A DNA stretch of 64,000 nucleotides from an uncultured bacterium (GCA_963786935.1 CAWBAN010000001.1:672001-736000), one strand, 5' to 3'. Shown: positions 41,171 to 50,739, counted from the first letter of the stretch. Numbers and translations are program-made. The notes: generated by a model not told the origin, from the sequence alone.

Positions 41171-42282
41171 ATTCGCCCCTCCGTCCATATTCCCGGGATC
41201 GGGTGGCCGCAGTGCCGGCATGCGCCGTCACGCACATCGCAGCGTTCGATCGCGTACCCCTTCCGGACGATGACCGCGCGCGAGCAGTTCGGGCAATACG
41301 TGCTCTCCGCTCGATGCCCCGGGACGTTTCCGACGTACACGTAGCGCAGTCCTTCCTCGCGACACGTCTCGTACGCGGCGTCGAGCGTCGGCACGGGCGT
41401 GGGCGGGAGGTTCTCGAGGCGGTACTGGGGATAGAATCTCGAAAAATGGAGCGGAACGTCGCGCCCGACGTTGGCGGCGATCCAGCGCGCCATGCTCCTG
41501 ATGGAGTCCGTTCCGTCGTTCAGCGTCGGCACGACGAGATAGACGAGCTCGAGCCAGATCTTCCGCTCGCGGATCGCGACGATCGTGTCGAGAACGGGCC
41601 GGAGCGTCGCGTTGCAGATATCGCGGTAGTACGGTTCCTCGAAGGCCTTCAGATCGATCTTGATCGCGTCGACGAGGCCGCACAGGTCGAGGAGCGGCTC
41701 GCGTCGCAGATAGCCGTTCGATACGACGACGCTCCTGATTCCTTTCCCGCGCGCGAGCCTCGCGATGTCCTGCGCGTATTCCATGAACACGACCGGTTCC
41801 GAATACGTGAACGCGATCGTCGGCGCGGCGAGGGATGCCGCCTGCTCGACGATGCGAGCGGGAGACGCATACTGCGTCTCGACGTCCTCCGGCCTCGACT
41901 GGGAGATCTGCCAGTTCTGGCAGAACGCGCAGGTGAGGTTGCACCCGACGGTACCGAGCGAAACGGCCTGCGTGCCGGGGAGGACGTGGAAGAACGGCTT
42001 TTTCTCGATCGGATCGAGATGGAGGGCGCACGGCCGGCCGTACACGAGGCTCAGGAGGGTCCCGCCGCGGTTCTCCCGCACCTTGCAGTGCCCGCGTTCT
42101 CCGGCCCCGAGGCGGCATTGGCGCGGGCAGAGCAGGCACCGGACCCGGGAGCCCTCGAGCTTCTCGTAGTATCGTGCCTCATGCTCGTCCGTCGTCGATC
42201 CGGAGCCCCCGGGGACGCCAAGGGCGGCGGCGGCGATCATCGCGGCCGATCCCTGCACGAAGGCACGTCTCGTGAGCGTCAT
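41167..42282 (-). CDS. amrS: AmmeMemoRadiSam system radical SAM enzyme with twin-arginine-like leader
   Basis: CLLCPRQC, DPIEKKPFFH, GCNLTCAFCQNWQISQ, IDLKAF, PLHFSRFYP, YVYVGNVPG, CPNC...CRHC; N-terminus MTLTRRAFVQG. Confidence 0.93.
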   Translation of the reverse strand: MTLTRRAFVQGSAAMIAAAALGVPGGSGSTTDEHEARYYEKLEGSRVRCLLCPRQCRLGAGERGHCKVRENRGGTLLSLVYGRPCALHLDPIEKKPFFHVLPGTQAVSLGTVGCNLTCAFCQNWQISQSRPEDVETQYASPARIVEQAASLAAPTIAFTYSEPVVFMEYAQDIARLARGKGIRSVVVSNGYLRREPLLDLCGLVDAIKIDLKAFEEPYYRDICNATLRPVLDTIVAIRERKIWLELVYLVVPTLNDGTDSIRSMARWIAANVGRDVPLHFSRFYPQYRLENLPPTPVPTLDAAYETCREEGLRYVYVGNVPGHRAESTYCPNCSRAVIVRKGYAIERCDVRDGACRHCGHPIPGIWTEGRI

Positions 42283-43607
42283 GGCGCGCCGATCCGTTGG
42301 AATATCGCCTCGATGCCGGCGGCGGTCCCGGGTGCGAGGGAGCCGAGGGCGTTCGCCGAGGCCGAGGCGCCCCGTTCCGATCCGTCGCTCAGGACGGTTA
42401 TCGCGATGCGATCGATCGCGGTTCCCCGCGCGTCCGCGAGGGAGACGCGGAGGCTGAATGTCTCGAAAACGCCGTCGACGGGGAGCGGTTCCTTGAGAAT
42501 CCGATCGAACGCCGTTTCATTGAGCTTTCGCAGGAGGGTGTTCACCGCGGCCTTCCGGATGGGCGCCGTTTCGCGTCCGGCGATGCGCCATTCCCGACCG
42601 GCTCTCTCGAACACGATCGAGGTGTCGCTCGTTTCGTATCTGAGCGTTCGCGCGGAATCCTCGTCGACGAAGGCGAGGTTCATCGCGCGGAGCCCGGCGG
42701 CGGTCCATTCGAACGGCTCGAGGAGCTTCTCCTCGAGGGCGACGACCGTGCCGAGGCCGGTCCGGACGGCGTAAACGAGATCGTCTTTTCTGTTCCCGAA
42801 GGCGACGGTCATCGTTTCCCGCCCTTCGGTCAGAACGATCTCGCCGGCGGGAGAGGAGAGTCCGTAGGGCGCGAGGTCGCTCGTGTCCTCCCGCGCGAAC
42901 TCGTGAATGACGGCGTCCGTGAGCCGCGAGAGGTACGATTCGATCACGCGCCCGTTCGCGCGCGTCCGTTTCGGCGCGAGGAGCCAGTACCCTGCCTCTT
43001 TCACGAGCCGGATCCGTTTCGAGCCCGAGCGGATCTCGATCGCGTCGATACCCGCGAAACCCTCGGGGAGGAAGTTCTTGTCTCGCAGGTGGAACAGACC
43101 CTTGTTCATGAGGTTGCGCGTGAGCTCGTTCGAGAGAATCACGCTCGGAGCGCTTCCGAGCCGGACGTAGCATTTCGAGCCGGCCGGCGTGGCGTCGCCG
43201 ACGAACAGCGTGTCTGATACGGCGTCTCCCGAGCGGCGCACGATCACCGTCGCGAAGGGCTTTTCGAGGCCGTAGTCGGCGAAATTGCGCACATCGAGCA
43301 GCTCCGAGCTCCTGCTGCCGGGAACGAGCTGGGCGACGAACGACGAGATCTCGGGCCCGGCGCCGCGCGTCTCGACCGGCGCGACGATCTTCCAGCCGGA
43401 GCCGTCGCGGACGACCTCGATGCGCTCCCCTTTCGGATTGACGAGGACGAATCCCTCCACCTCATCGGCGCGATAGGGGAAGAGCTTCGAGCCCAGCGTG
43501 CGTTCCGCGACCTCCCGGGCGCGATGCTTCTCGTCGACGAGGAAGAAGTAGCCGGCGACCACGGCGAGCGCCGAGATGAGAATCCATGTCGTCGCCTTGA
43601 ATTTCAT
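42279..43607 (-). CDS. DUF4340-domain membrane-anchored protein
   Basis: N-terminal TM, repeated YGLxxP motifs (DYGLEKP, PYGLSSP), LRDKN; follows a GldG-like gene. Confidence 0.82.
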   Translation of the reverse strand: MKFKATTWILISALAVVAGYFFLVDEKHRAREVAERTLGSKLFPYRADEVEGFVLVNPKGERIEVVRDGSGWKIVAPVETRGAGPEISSFVAQLVPGSRSSELLDVRNFADYGLEKPFATVIVRRSGDAVSDTLFVGDATPAGSKCYVRLGSAPSVILSNELTRNLMNKGLFHLRDKNFLPEGFAGIDAIEIRSGSKRIRLVKEAGYWLLAPKRTRANGRVIESYLSRLTDAVIHEFAREDTSDLAPYGLSSPAGEIVLTEGRETMTVAFGNRKDDLVYAVRTGLGTVVALEEKLLEPFEWTAAGLRAMNLAFVDEDSARTLRYETSDTSIVFERAGREWRIAGRETAPIRKAAVNTLLRKLNETAFDRILKEPLPVDGVFETFSLRVSLADARGTAIDRIAITVLSDGSERGASASANALGSLAPGTAAGIEAIFQRIGAP

Positions 43608-43619
43608 GCCGGTCCTCCA

Positions 43620-45062
43620 TCAGGCGGATCGGCGGCGCCGGATCAGGACGATCGCGCCGACGCAGCCGACGGCCGCGGGCAGAATGACGACGGGGAGCCA
43701 GAACACCGTTCTTCCCTGACGCATGTTCAGCACGACGGGCTGGCTCACCGGATCCTTGGCGCGCACGGCGATGAGATCCTCCTCCTCGGCGAGCCATCCG
43801 ATCGCGTTCAGGACGAGGTCTCTGTTTCCCGAGAGGTCGAGATAGGCGTTGCTCGCGAAGTCGCTGTCGCCGAAAACGACGATTCGGCCGAATCGCCGCT
43901 CGCCGCCGGACGCCCCGCCCCCGGCGGGAGCCGAATCAATCTGCTTCTTCGCGACGGCGGCGACTCCGAGCGGGCCGGGCAAATCGCGTTCCGGTTCCAT
44001 CTGCGTCTTTCCCTCGAGAACCCCGGCGAGATCCGTCTCGCCGAATGCCGAGGCGCCCGTCGAGGCGAGCGTCTCGACCTCGGTCCCCGCCGGCGCTTTC
44101 TTCGCGGCGAGGATCGCGCGGGCCTGCGGGAAGAACGAGGCGACCCTGAAATCGGCGACGATCGGGTGATTGCCGTACTGGTTGACGACGGGCGTGAGAT
44201 GGTTCCCGGAGACGAGCTGCGCGATGCGGTCCACGATGATGCTCCCGGTGATCTCGATTCCGAAGGACGCGGCGATCGCGTCGATCCGCGGAACGTCGAC
44301 AAGCGGATCGACGAGCATGAGAACGCCTCCGCCGGCGGCGAGGTACCGCTCGATCATCCCCCGCTCGGCATCGTACAGGTCCTGCGCGGGGCCGGCGATC
44401 AGGAGGATCGCGCAATCGGGGGGGATCGAATCTCGCAGGGTTATCAGATTCCTCATCCGGTACCCCTCAGCCTCGACCGCCGCTTTCAAGCCGCTCAGAC
44501 CCTCGGCCTGGGCGTCGTCGATCGATTTCTCGCCGTGTCCCGTGAGGCTGCAGATGACCTTTGCGGCGCCGCGCGTCACCTTGAGGATGGCGTTGGTGAA
44601 CTTCTCTTCCGTGATCTGCGAGAACTGCTCCTCGGCGCCGCCGCTCTGGACGACGATCGCGCCGTAGTTCCTGATCCGATACCGTCGCGCGGCGACCGGA
44701 TCCTTGTCCGGATCGATGAACGAATACTTCACCCGCGGCGTTTCGCCGGCGTACGCGTCGAGCAGGTCGGCGACCGTGGTGCGCGCCGGCGAATCGCTCT
44801 TGAAGAAACACGTGAATACGACATCCTGCGCGAGCCGGTCGAGAATCTTCGTCGTCTGCGGAGAGAGCGAGAATCGCCTGTTCGCGGTCGTATCGAACGA
44901 CGCGCCGTGGAACGCGGCGAGCGTCTGCAGGAAAATGAGTATCGCGGCGAGAACGACGATCGATACGGCGGCGTTGACGCCGAGCCGCGCGCTCCGTTTC
45001 GCGCCCTCGCTCCGCGCGCCGGGAAAGCCGAAACGGTCGAATATTCCCCTGCGCCGTTCCAT
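43620..45062 (-). CDS. GldG-family ABC transporter auxiliary component
   Basis: DTTANRRFSLS, FIDPDKDP, TGHGE, GRIVVFGDSDF, GNRDLVLNAIGWL, C-terminal TM. Confidence 0.87.
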   Translation of the reverse strand: MERRRGIFDRFGFPGARSEGAKRSARLGVNAAVSIVVLAAILIFLQTLAAFHGASFDTTANRRFSLSPQTTKILDRLAQDVVFTCFFKSDSPARTTVADLLDAYAGETPRVKYSFIDPDKDPVAARRYRIRNYGAIVVQSGGAEEQFSQITEEKFTNAILKVTRGAAKVICSLTGHGEKSIDDAQAEGLSGLKAAVEAEGYRMRNLITLRDSIPPDCAILLIAGPAQDLYDAERGMIERYLAAGGGVLMLVDPLVDVPRIDAIAASFGIEITGSIIVDRIAQLVSGNHLTPVVNQYGNHPIVADFRVASFFPQARAILAAKKAPAGTEVETLASTGASAFGETDLAGVLEGKTQMEPERDLPGPLGVAAVAKKQIDSAPAGGGASGGERRFGRIVVFGDSDFASNAYLDLSGNRDLVLNAIGWLAEEEDLIAVRAKDPVSQPVVLNMRQGRTVFWLPVVILPAAVGCVGAIVLIRRRRSA

Positions 45063-45064
45063 GA

Positions 45065-45835
45065 TCAGCTCCTCCAGCGCGACGATTCGAGCGATCGCAG
45101 CGTCATGAAGAGGAAGAAGGCCGTGAGGAAGACGTAGTAGGTGACGTCCTCCAGGTCGATGATTCCCTTCGAGAACGAGTCGTAATGCTCGAGCAGGGAC
45201 AATTGCGAGAGCAGCTTCGCGAGCGTGGGGCCGGCGAACGGAGACGCCCATCCGATCACGAGGAACAAGAGCGACACGCCGAAGGTCGCGGCCCCCGCGA
45301 CGATCTGGCTGCTCGTGAGCGAGGAGAAGAAGATGCCGATCGCGATGAAGCTCGTGCCCATGAGGAAGAAGCCGAGATAGGTCGTGACGACGGGGCCCGG
45401 CTCGGGATTCGAGAAGACCGCGAGCATGACGGGGTACAGGAAGGTGCCGGCGATCATGACGCCGAACACGGTGAGCGCGGCGAGATACTTGCCCATGACG
45501 GCGGCGAAATCGCTCAGAGGATAGGTCAGGAGCAGCTCGAAGGTGCCCTGCTTCCGCTCCTCGGCGAGGAGCCGCATCGTCAGCAGCGGCAGTACGAAGA
45601 GGAGCACGACGCTCACGTTGCCCATGAGCGGCCGCATGACCCCTTCGATCAGGTTGAGCCCCGCGGCGAGGTACTGTTCGCGTCCCGCCTGGTACGAGAG
45701 GTAGTTGTAGTATCTGAAGATGCTGTAGAAGAAATATCCGGAGAGCGCGAGGAAGCTCCCGATCACGACGTATGCCGTGACGGACTGGAAATAGTGCTGC
45801 AGCTCCTTGCGATAGACGGCGGCAAGCTTACTCAC
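45065..45835 (-). CDS. ABC transporter permease (GldF-like)
   Basis: KELQHYF, PLLTMRLLAEERKQGTFELLLTYP, GKYLA, SSLTSSQIVA. Confidence 0.9.
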   Translation of the reverse strand: MSKLAAVYRKELQHYFQSVTAYVVIGSFLALSGYFFYSIFRYYNYLSYQAGREQYLAAGLNLIEGVMRPLMGNVSVVLLFVLPLLTMRLLAEERKQGTFELLLTYPLSDFAAVMGKYLAALTVFGVMIAGTFLYPVMLAVFSNPEPGPVVTTYLGFFLMGTSFIAIGIFFSSLTSSQIVAGAATFGVSLLFLVIGWASPFAGPTLAKLLSQLSLLEHYDSFSKGIIDLEDVTYYVFLTAFFLFMTLRSLESSRWRS

Positions 45836-46784
45836 CCGGGCTCACCTCCTCCGTGACGAGCTGCAGGAATATCTCCTCGAGGGAGAGCTCCTCGCGGTAG
45901 ATCTCGAGCAGCGGGAGCTTCGCCGCGACGAGGGCGCGGGCGATCGTCTCGCGCAGGTCCGCCGCGGGGGCGCACGTGACGGCGAATCCGCCCGTCCCGC
46001 GTTCGGGGGGCGTTCCGTCGACCGTGATGACGCCGGGGAGCGCCGCGATGGCGCGTTCCGCGCGCGCGAGCGCGTCTCCCTCGTCCCGCAGCGCCACGCG
46101 CACGACGGACGACGTCGCGAGGCGGGAGCGGAGGTTCTCCGGCGTGTCGACGGCGACGAGCCTCCCGCGGTTGATGATGATGACCCTGTTGCAGACCTGG
46201 CTCACCTCGGGAAGGATGTGGCTGGAGAGGAGGACGGTCTTCTCTGTGCCGAGATCCGTGATGAGCTGCCTGATTTCTATGATCTGCTTCGGATCGAGTC
46301 CGAGGGTCGGTTCGTCGAGAATGAGGATCTCGGGATCGTTGAGCGTCGCCTGGGCGATGCCCACCCGCTGCTGATACCCCTTCGAAAGGGTGCCGATCGT
46401 CCGGCGGGGGACCTGCTGCAGCCCGCAGCGCTCGAGCGCCCGGTCCACCGCGCCGCGCCGCGCCGCGGGCCCGATCCCCTTGACCCGGGCCACGAAATCG
46501 AGGTAGCCGGTCACGGTCATGTCCGTATACAGCGGATTGCGCTCGGGGAGATATCCGACGCGTCTGCGGACCTCCATCGACTGCTCGATGATGTCGAATC
46601 CGCAGATCTTCGCGGTGCCGTCGGTCGGGGGGAGATAGCACGTCAGCATCTTCATCGTCGTCGTTTTTCCGGCGCCGTTCGGGCCGAGAAAACCGAGGAC
46701 CTCTCCCGTCTCGACCGTGAAGTCGAGGTTGTCGACGGCGACGGTGGCGCCGAACCGTTTCGTGAGGTTCTGAACCTGGATCAT
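45828..46784 (-). CDS. ABC transporter ATP-binding protein (GldA-like)
   Basis: GFLGPNGAGKTT, GYLPE, LSKGYQQRVG, LDEPT, SSHILPEV, SLEEIFL. Confidence 0.93.
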   Translation of the reverse strand: MIQVQNLTKRFGATVAVDNLDFTVETGEVLGFLGPNGAGKTTTMKMLTCYLPPTDGTAKICGFDIIEQSMEVRRRVGYLPERNPLYTDMTVTGYLDFVARVKGIGPAARRGAVDRALERCGLQQVPRRTIGTLSKGYQQRVGIAQATLNDPEILILDEPTLGLDPKQIIEIRQLITDLGTEKTVLLSSHILPEVSQVCNRVIIINRGRLVAVDTPENLRSRLATSSVVRVALRDEGDALARAERAIAALPGVITVDGTPPERGTGGFAVTCAPAADLRETIARALVAAKLPLLEIYREELSLEEIFLQLVTEEVSPGE

Positions 46785-46855
46785 CGGAGCCCCCTCCAGG
46801 GTGCGTTTTCCGTGAATTGCGCCGTACGAGCGATCACCGTAACCTGTGGCAAATA

Positions 46856-46884
46856 AATCTATGAATATTCGTCGAACATGTCAA
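46856..46884 (-). promoter_or_regulatory. Sigma70 promoter for the ABC/AmmeMemoRadiSam operon
   Basis: The minus strand reads TTGACA-N17-TAGATT. Confidence 0.65.
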
Positions 46885-46959
46885 GGGAAGCGGAGAATTC
46901 TCTTTACGTCCGCAACGAAGGGCACCTATTATCCGTAGATAAGGCAGAAACGGAGTCGA

Positions 46960-48048
46960 ATGGGCTACCAGATATCGAGACGGCGGATCCGTCGGGGGCT
47001 TCAGATCTTCACGATCGTGAGCCTCGGCAGCGTCGTGGCCATTTTTCTCCTCACCCATTCGCACCTGACGTGGGAGGCGCTCGGCCGCATCGAGCCGTTG
47101 TGGCTCCTCTGCGCGGTCCCGTTCATCGCGCTCGATTGGCTCGGCGGAGGCTATCGCCTCTACCTGTTCAGCCGCGTGTTCCATCCGAGCATCCGCTTCA
47201 AGACGTGCGTCAAGGCCAACCTCGCGAATTATTTTCTCGGCGCGATCACTCCCTCGCAGACGGGCGGCGGTCCCGCCCAGGTGTACATGCTGTACGTCGG
47301 CGGAATGCCGGCCGTCGAAGCGACCTCGGCGAGCCTCATGTCCTTCTTCAGTACGACGTTCTTTCTCATGATCGCGGGCGCCGGGATCCTCGCGTTCCGG
47401 GGGAGCCTGCCGTTCTCGGGCGGGTATCTCGCCCACCTTTTCGACGCGGGGATGCTCTTCTTCCTCGGGATCGCCGTTCTCATGGCCCTCGCGCTCGTGT
47501 TTCCCGGTTTTTACCGCGAGCTCTCCCGGATCGTCGTGCGCATCGTGTCGCGCGTTCGGAAAAAGGACTACCTCCGCGCCGGCGGCGTCGCGCACCGCGC
47601 GATCGACGCGATCGACCGATGCCACCGGCAGCTCATCCATTACGCGCGGCGGCATTCGCATATCTTCCTTGCCGGCATCGTCGTCACCGCCGTGTGTTTC
47701 CTCTCGAAGTTCGCCGTCGCGTACCTGATCGTCCGGAGCCTCGGGATCGAGGCGTCCTTCGTCCATGTGGCGCTCCTTCAGATGGTGATCGTGCTCATCA
47801 ACTATTTCTTTCCGACGCCGGGGGCGAGCGGCGCAGCCGAGCTGAGCGCGGCCGCGCTCATGTCATCGGTGGTTTCGAAGGGGCTCATCGGTTTCTACGT
47901 TATCCTGTGGCGGATGCTCGCGACGTACGTATCGGTGGCGGTGGGAGGGGGCGTGGTGCTTCACGAGCTCGGGAAGCGCGAGAAAGTCGACGTCGACGAC
48001 ACGATCGCGGAGGACGTCCCCGAGCCGGAGGCCGTCGCGGCGAAATGA
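46960..48048 (+). CDS. Lysylphosphatidylglycerol-synthase TM / flippase-like membrane protein
   Basis: Multiple TMs; AITPSQTGGGP, PTPGASGAAE, LWRMLATY. Confidence 0.82.
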   Translation: MGYQISRRRIRRGLQIFTIVSLGSVVAIFLLTHSHLTWEALGRIEPLWLLCAVPFIALDWLGGGYRLYLFSRVFHPSIRFKTCVKANLANYFLGAITPSQTGGGPAQVYMLYVGGMPAVEATSASLMSFFSTTFFLMIAGAGILAFRGSLPFSGGYLAHLFDAGMLFFLGIAVLMALALVFPGFYRELSRIVVRIVSRVRKKDYLRAGGVAHRAIDAIDRCHRQLIHYARRHSHIFLAGIVVTAVCFLSKFAVAYLIVRSLGIEASFVHVALLQMVIVLINYFFPTPGASGAAELSAAALMSSVVSKGLIGFYVILWRMLATYVSVAVGGGVVLHELGKREKVDVDDTIAEDVPEPEAVAAK

Positions 48049-48081
48049 AGCGCAGGGGCTGCCTGCGAAGAAAGGGCCGAA

Positions 48082-48558
48082 ATGCGGAGAATCATTCTGG
48101 GTCTGTCGTTGCTCGCGGCGTGCGTCCTCGCTCCGGGGGCCGGGCGTGCCGGTGAAAACACCCTATACTCGGTGCTCTTCCCCGGGTGGGGGCAGATACG
48201 GACGGGGCATTACGGGCGCGGCGCGCTCTTCATGAGCGGAGAGCTCGTGGCGCTCACGACGCTCGCGATCGCCGATATCCAGTACGACCGAACCGTCGCA
48301 CAGTACGACCGGGCGAAAGAGGAATATCTGGGCGCGTCCTACATCGGGGATGCCGTCGACGCGTACGAGCTCATGAACGATCGCTGGAACAGCGCGGAGG
48401 ATCTGCAAACGGTGCGGCAGGCGGCGCTGTACGCGGCGATCGGCATATGGGTCGTGAATATCGCGGATATGATTCTCTTCGACGGGGAGGGAGAGCCTCC
48501 CCTCTCGATCACGGCCCGGCCGGGCGGTTTCCTCGTGACGGGCGCTCTGTCGTTCTGA
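48082..48558 (+). CDS. Hypothetical exported/membrane protein
   Basis: Signal peptide, SVLFPGWGQ, hydrophobic WVVNIAD segment, terminal aromatic LSF. Confidence 0.7.
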   Translation: MRRIILGLSLLAACVLAPGAGRAGENTLYSVLFPGWGQIRTGHYGRGALFMSGELVALTTLAIADIQYDRTVAQYDRAKEEYLGASYIGDAVDAYELMNDRWNSAEDLQTVRQAALYAAIGIWVVNIADMILFDGEGEPPLSITARPGGFLVTGALSF

Positions 48559-48574
48559 CGAAGGGGAGTATGAA

Positions 48575-48964
48575 ATGAAATCAATCGCATGGTTCGTTCT
48601 GGCGGGGATCGCCGCCCTGTGCGTTTCGTGCAGCGCGGAGCATCAGGATCTGCCCACGGGCTTCGCGTACGATCCGCCGGCGACGCCGGCCGGTCTCACC
48701 GTGACGGGGGGCGAGGAGCAGGCGACGATCAGGTGGAGCTTTCCCGCGGTCGAGCGCTCGTCCGTGGGCGAGTTCAGGGTGTACGAGTATTACGAGTCGT
48801 ACGATATGATCGAGCTCGTCGGCACGACGACCGATACCGTGTTCGTGGATTCGCTCCTCATCGGCAACCTCGGGTACTGCTATAAGGTGTCGGCGGTCGA
48901 TACGGCGGGCTTCGAGGGATACCGTACGGCGAGCGTCTGCGCGTTCGTGAGGAGCAAGGACTGA
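48575..48964 (+). CDS. Small fibronectin-type-III-like lipoprotein
   Basis: Lipobox CVSC; PATPAGLT, IRW, FRVY and YCYKVSAVD..G.E fit an FN3 pattern. Confidence 0.75.
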   Translation: MKSIAWFVLAGIAALCVSCSAEHQDLPTGFAYDPPATPAGLTVTGGEEQATIRWSFPAVERSSVGEFRVYEYYESYDMIELVGTTTDTVFVDSLLIGNLGYCYKVSAVDTAGFEGYRTASVCAFVRSKD

Positions 48965-49013
48965 TCGCGCCGGAGCCGGGCGGGAGCCCGGGGCATCGAG
49001 ATCGACGGCAAGG

Positions 49014-49052
49014 CGGAAGGGAGCGGATCGGGCCGCTCCCTTCCGTTTTATT
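49014..49052 (+). terminator. Intrinsic terminator
   Basis: 13-bp stem CGGAAGGGAGCGG-atcggg-CCGCTCCCTTCCG followed by TTTTATT. Confidence 0.8.
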
Positions 49053-49067
49053 GGCACAGAAGGTGCA
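49052..49067 (+). promoter_or_regulatory. Candidate sigma54 promoter
   Basis: TGGCAC-AGAAG-GTGCA (GG-N10-GC) directly after the terminator and 33 nt before the next ATG. Confidence 0.55.
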
Positions 49068-49099
49068 ACGCGTCGTTCGACTCATTTCGAGGTGCCGAT

Positions 49100-49678
49100 A
49101 TGCGTTCCGATGCCGATCGCGAGAGAGCGCCCGCGCAGGAGCCGCCGAATCCGCACGATTTTCCCGCGGGAACGGGAACGAGAGCGTATCGCGTCGTGCT
49201 CGACGATGTCTCCTCGGGAATCGAGACGGTCGACTCCTTCGCCATCAAGTTTTCGCTCCTCACCAAATCGCCGCTCGCGCGAATGAAGCACATCGCGCGG
49301 CGGTTGCCCGCGACGGTCTGGGAGGGCCCGGGCCGGCCCCGGGCGGAGCGCGTCCTCTCGCTGATCGAAGAGGCGGGAGGGAAGGGTCGCATTGTCGAGA
49401 CCGGGATCGCTCCATCCGACGCCCCGGAGCGTCGTGAGTCCTCCCCGAAGTCCGTCACCGCTCCCTCGGTCGCGCCGGCGTGCGCAATGTGCGGGTTCCC
49501 CATGAAAGCGGGCGAGACGCGGTGCGGATTCTGCATGACGAAAGCCGGCGGCGCGGAGCGTGTCGATCCCCTGCCGGTTTCCGAGCCCCCCGCGCGAAAA
49601 TTTTCCCGGACGCGCCTTCTCTTCTTCGGCGCGTGTTTCGTCGCCGGCGTGACGCTCATCAAGCTATTCCTGCGATAG
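49100..49678 (+). CDS. Hypothetical protein: L7/L12-CTD-like segment, zinc ribbon, C-terminal TM
   Basis: LPATVWEG...AERVLSLIEEAGG, CAMC...CGFC, C-terminal hydrophobic LLFFGACFVAGVTLI; SD GAGG. Confidence 0.65.
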   Translation: MRSDADRERAPAQEPPNPHDFPAGTGTRAYRVVLDDVSSGIETVDSFAIKFSLLTKSPLARMKHIARRLPATVWEGPGRPRAERVLSLIEEAGGKGRIVETGIAPSDAPERRESSPKSVTAPSVAPACAMCGFPMKAGETRCGFCMTKAGGAERVDPLPVSEPPARKFSRTRLLFFGACFVAGVTLIKLFLR

Positions 49679-49703
49679 TCCGCGCGCGATCCTGCGGTCC
49701 TAT

Positions 49704-50597
49704 CTAGAAGAGGGCGCCCTCCTCCGGATCCTCGGCCGCGATGCCGCGGAGCGCCGGATACGCCCGCACGAGCGCGGCGGGCATCCGCTGCCGCTCACGG
49801 GAGAGCAGGTGTTTCATCTGGAAGGCGTTCACGAGCGCCTGGGCGCGGAAGTGGTTGTTCGTGATGATATAGAGGGCGTCCGATTTCGCGGCGATCCGTT
49901 CGGCCCGACGCCGCCATTCCTCCATCTCGTCGTCCCCGTAGAGGTAATTGTAGCGTTCGTCGCGCCCGGCGCCGCTCCGCGCCCAATCGGCGCGATTGCG
50001 GCCGTGCAGGCGGATGTAGGCGAAGCGGCGGTCGGTCACGATCTCCGTCGGCGGCATCGACGCGCCGACGGCCGGCTGGTCGATGTTGCAGTACGCGAGG
50101 CCGTGCCTGGACAGGAGCTCCTCGGCGGACGGCGTGTTCCACGAGCCGTGGCGGAGCTCCACGGCCGTCGGGTATTCGCCGAACCAGCTGCCGAGGTCGG
50201 CGAGAAGCCCGCGGTTCTCGGGGGAATCCCGGAACGACCACGGGAACTGGAGCAGGAATCCGGCGACCGCCTTCCGCGCGATGAGCTCGTCGAAGGTGTG
50301 GACGAATCGCTTCGCCTCGTCCGCGGTGCCCGCCCGTTCGTGGGTGAAGCGCTGGAGGACCTTCACGGTGAAGGCGAATCCGCTCGCGCCGGCGAGGCGC
50401 TCGGCCCAGCTCTTCACGAGGCGCGGGGAGGGGGTGCGGTAGAACGAGCTGTTGAGCTCGATGCAGTCGAAGTAGCGCGCGATCGTGAGCAGCTCGTCGG
50501 TCCTCTTGCCCGGCGGATATACGGGACCGATCCAGTCCGGGTACGACCACCCGGCCGGTCCGATGCGGATCACCGCGCCCGTCTGCACACCTTCCAT
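49704..50597 (-). CDS. DUF72 (YecE/YunF) family protein
   Basis: IGPAGWSYPDW, ELNSSFY, LLQFPWSF, AVELRH, YIRLHGRN, RYNYLY, NNH. Confidence 0.9.
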   Translation of the reverse strand: MEGVQTGAVIRIGPAGWSYPDWIGPVYPPGKRTDELLTIARYFDCIELNSSFYRTPSPRLVKSWAERLAGASGFAFTVKVLQRFTHERAGTADEAKRFVHTFDELIARKAVAGFLLQFPWSFRDSPENRGLLADLGSWFGEYPTAVELRHGSWNTPSAEELLSRHGLAYCNIDQPAVGASMPPTEIVTDRRFAYIRLHGRNRADWARSGAGRDERYNYLYGDDEMEEWRRRAERIAAKSDALYIITNNHFRAQALVNAFQMKHLLSRERQRMPAALVRAYPALRGIAAEDPEEGALF

Positions 50598-50739
50598 CGC
50601 GAGGACCTCCGCCGCAGGATAGCGCGCCCGGCCAGCTTTCTCAACGGCTTTTCGATCCCGGCGCCCGCGGGCGCGCGGGCTTCGCGGAGCGGCGTTTTTC
50701 CCGCTGGCAAATATCCCGGGATTCGCGTATAAGGTCGGT

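Noticed and set aside
43620..46784. Gliding motility inferred from GldA/F/G-like genes
   Set aside because: This ABC family is widespread in non-gliding bacteria, and no other gld/spr/T9SS genes are visible here.
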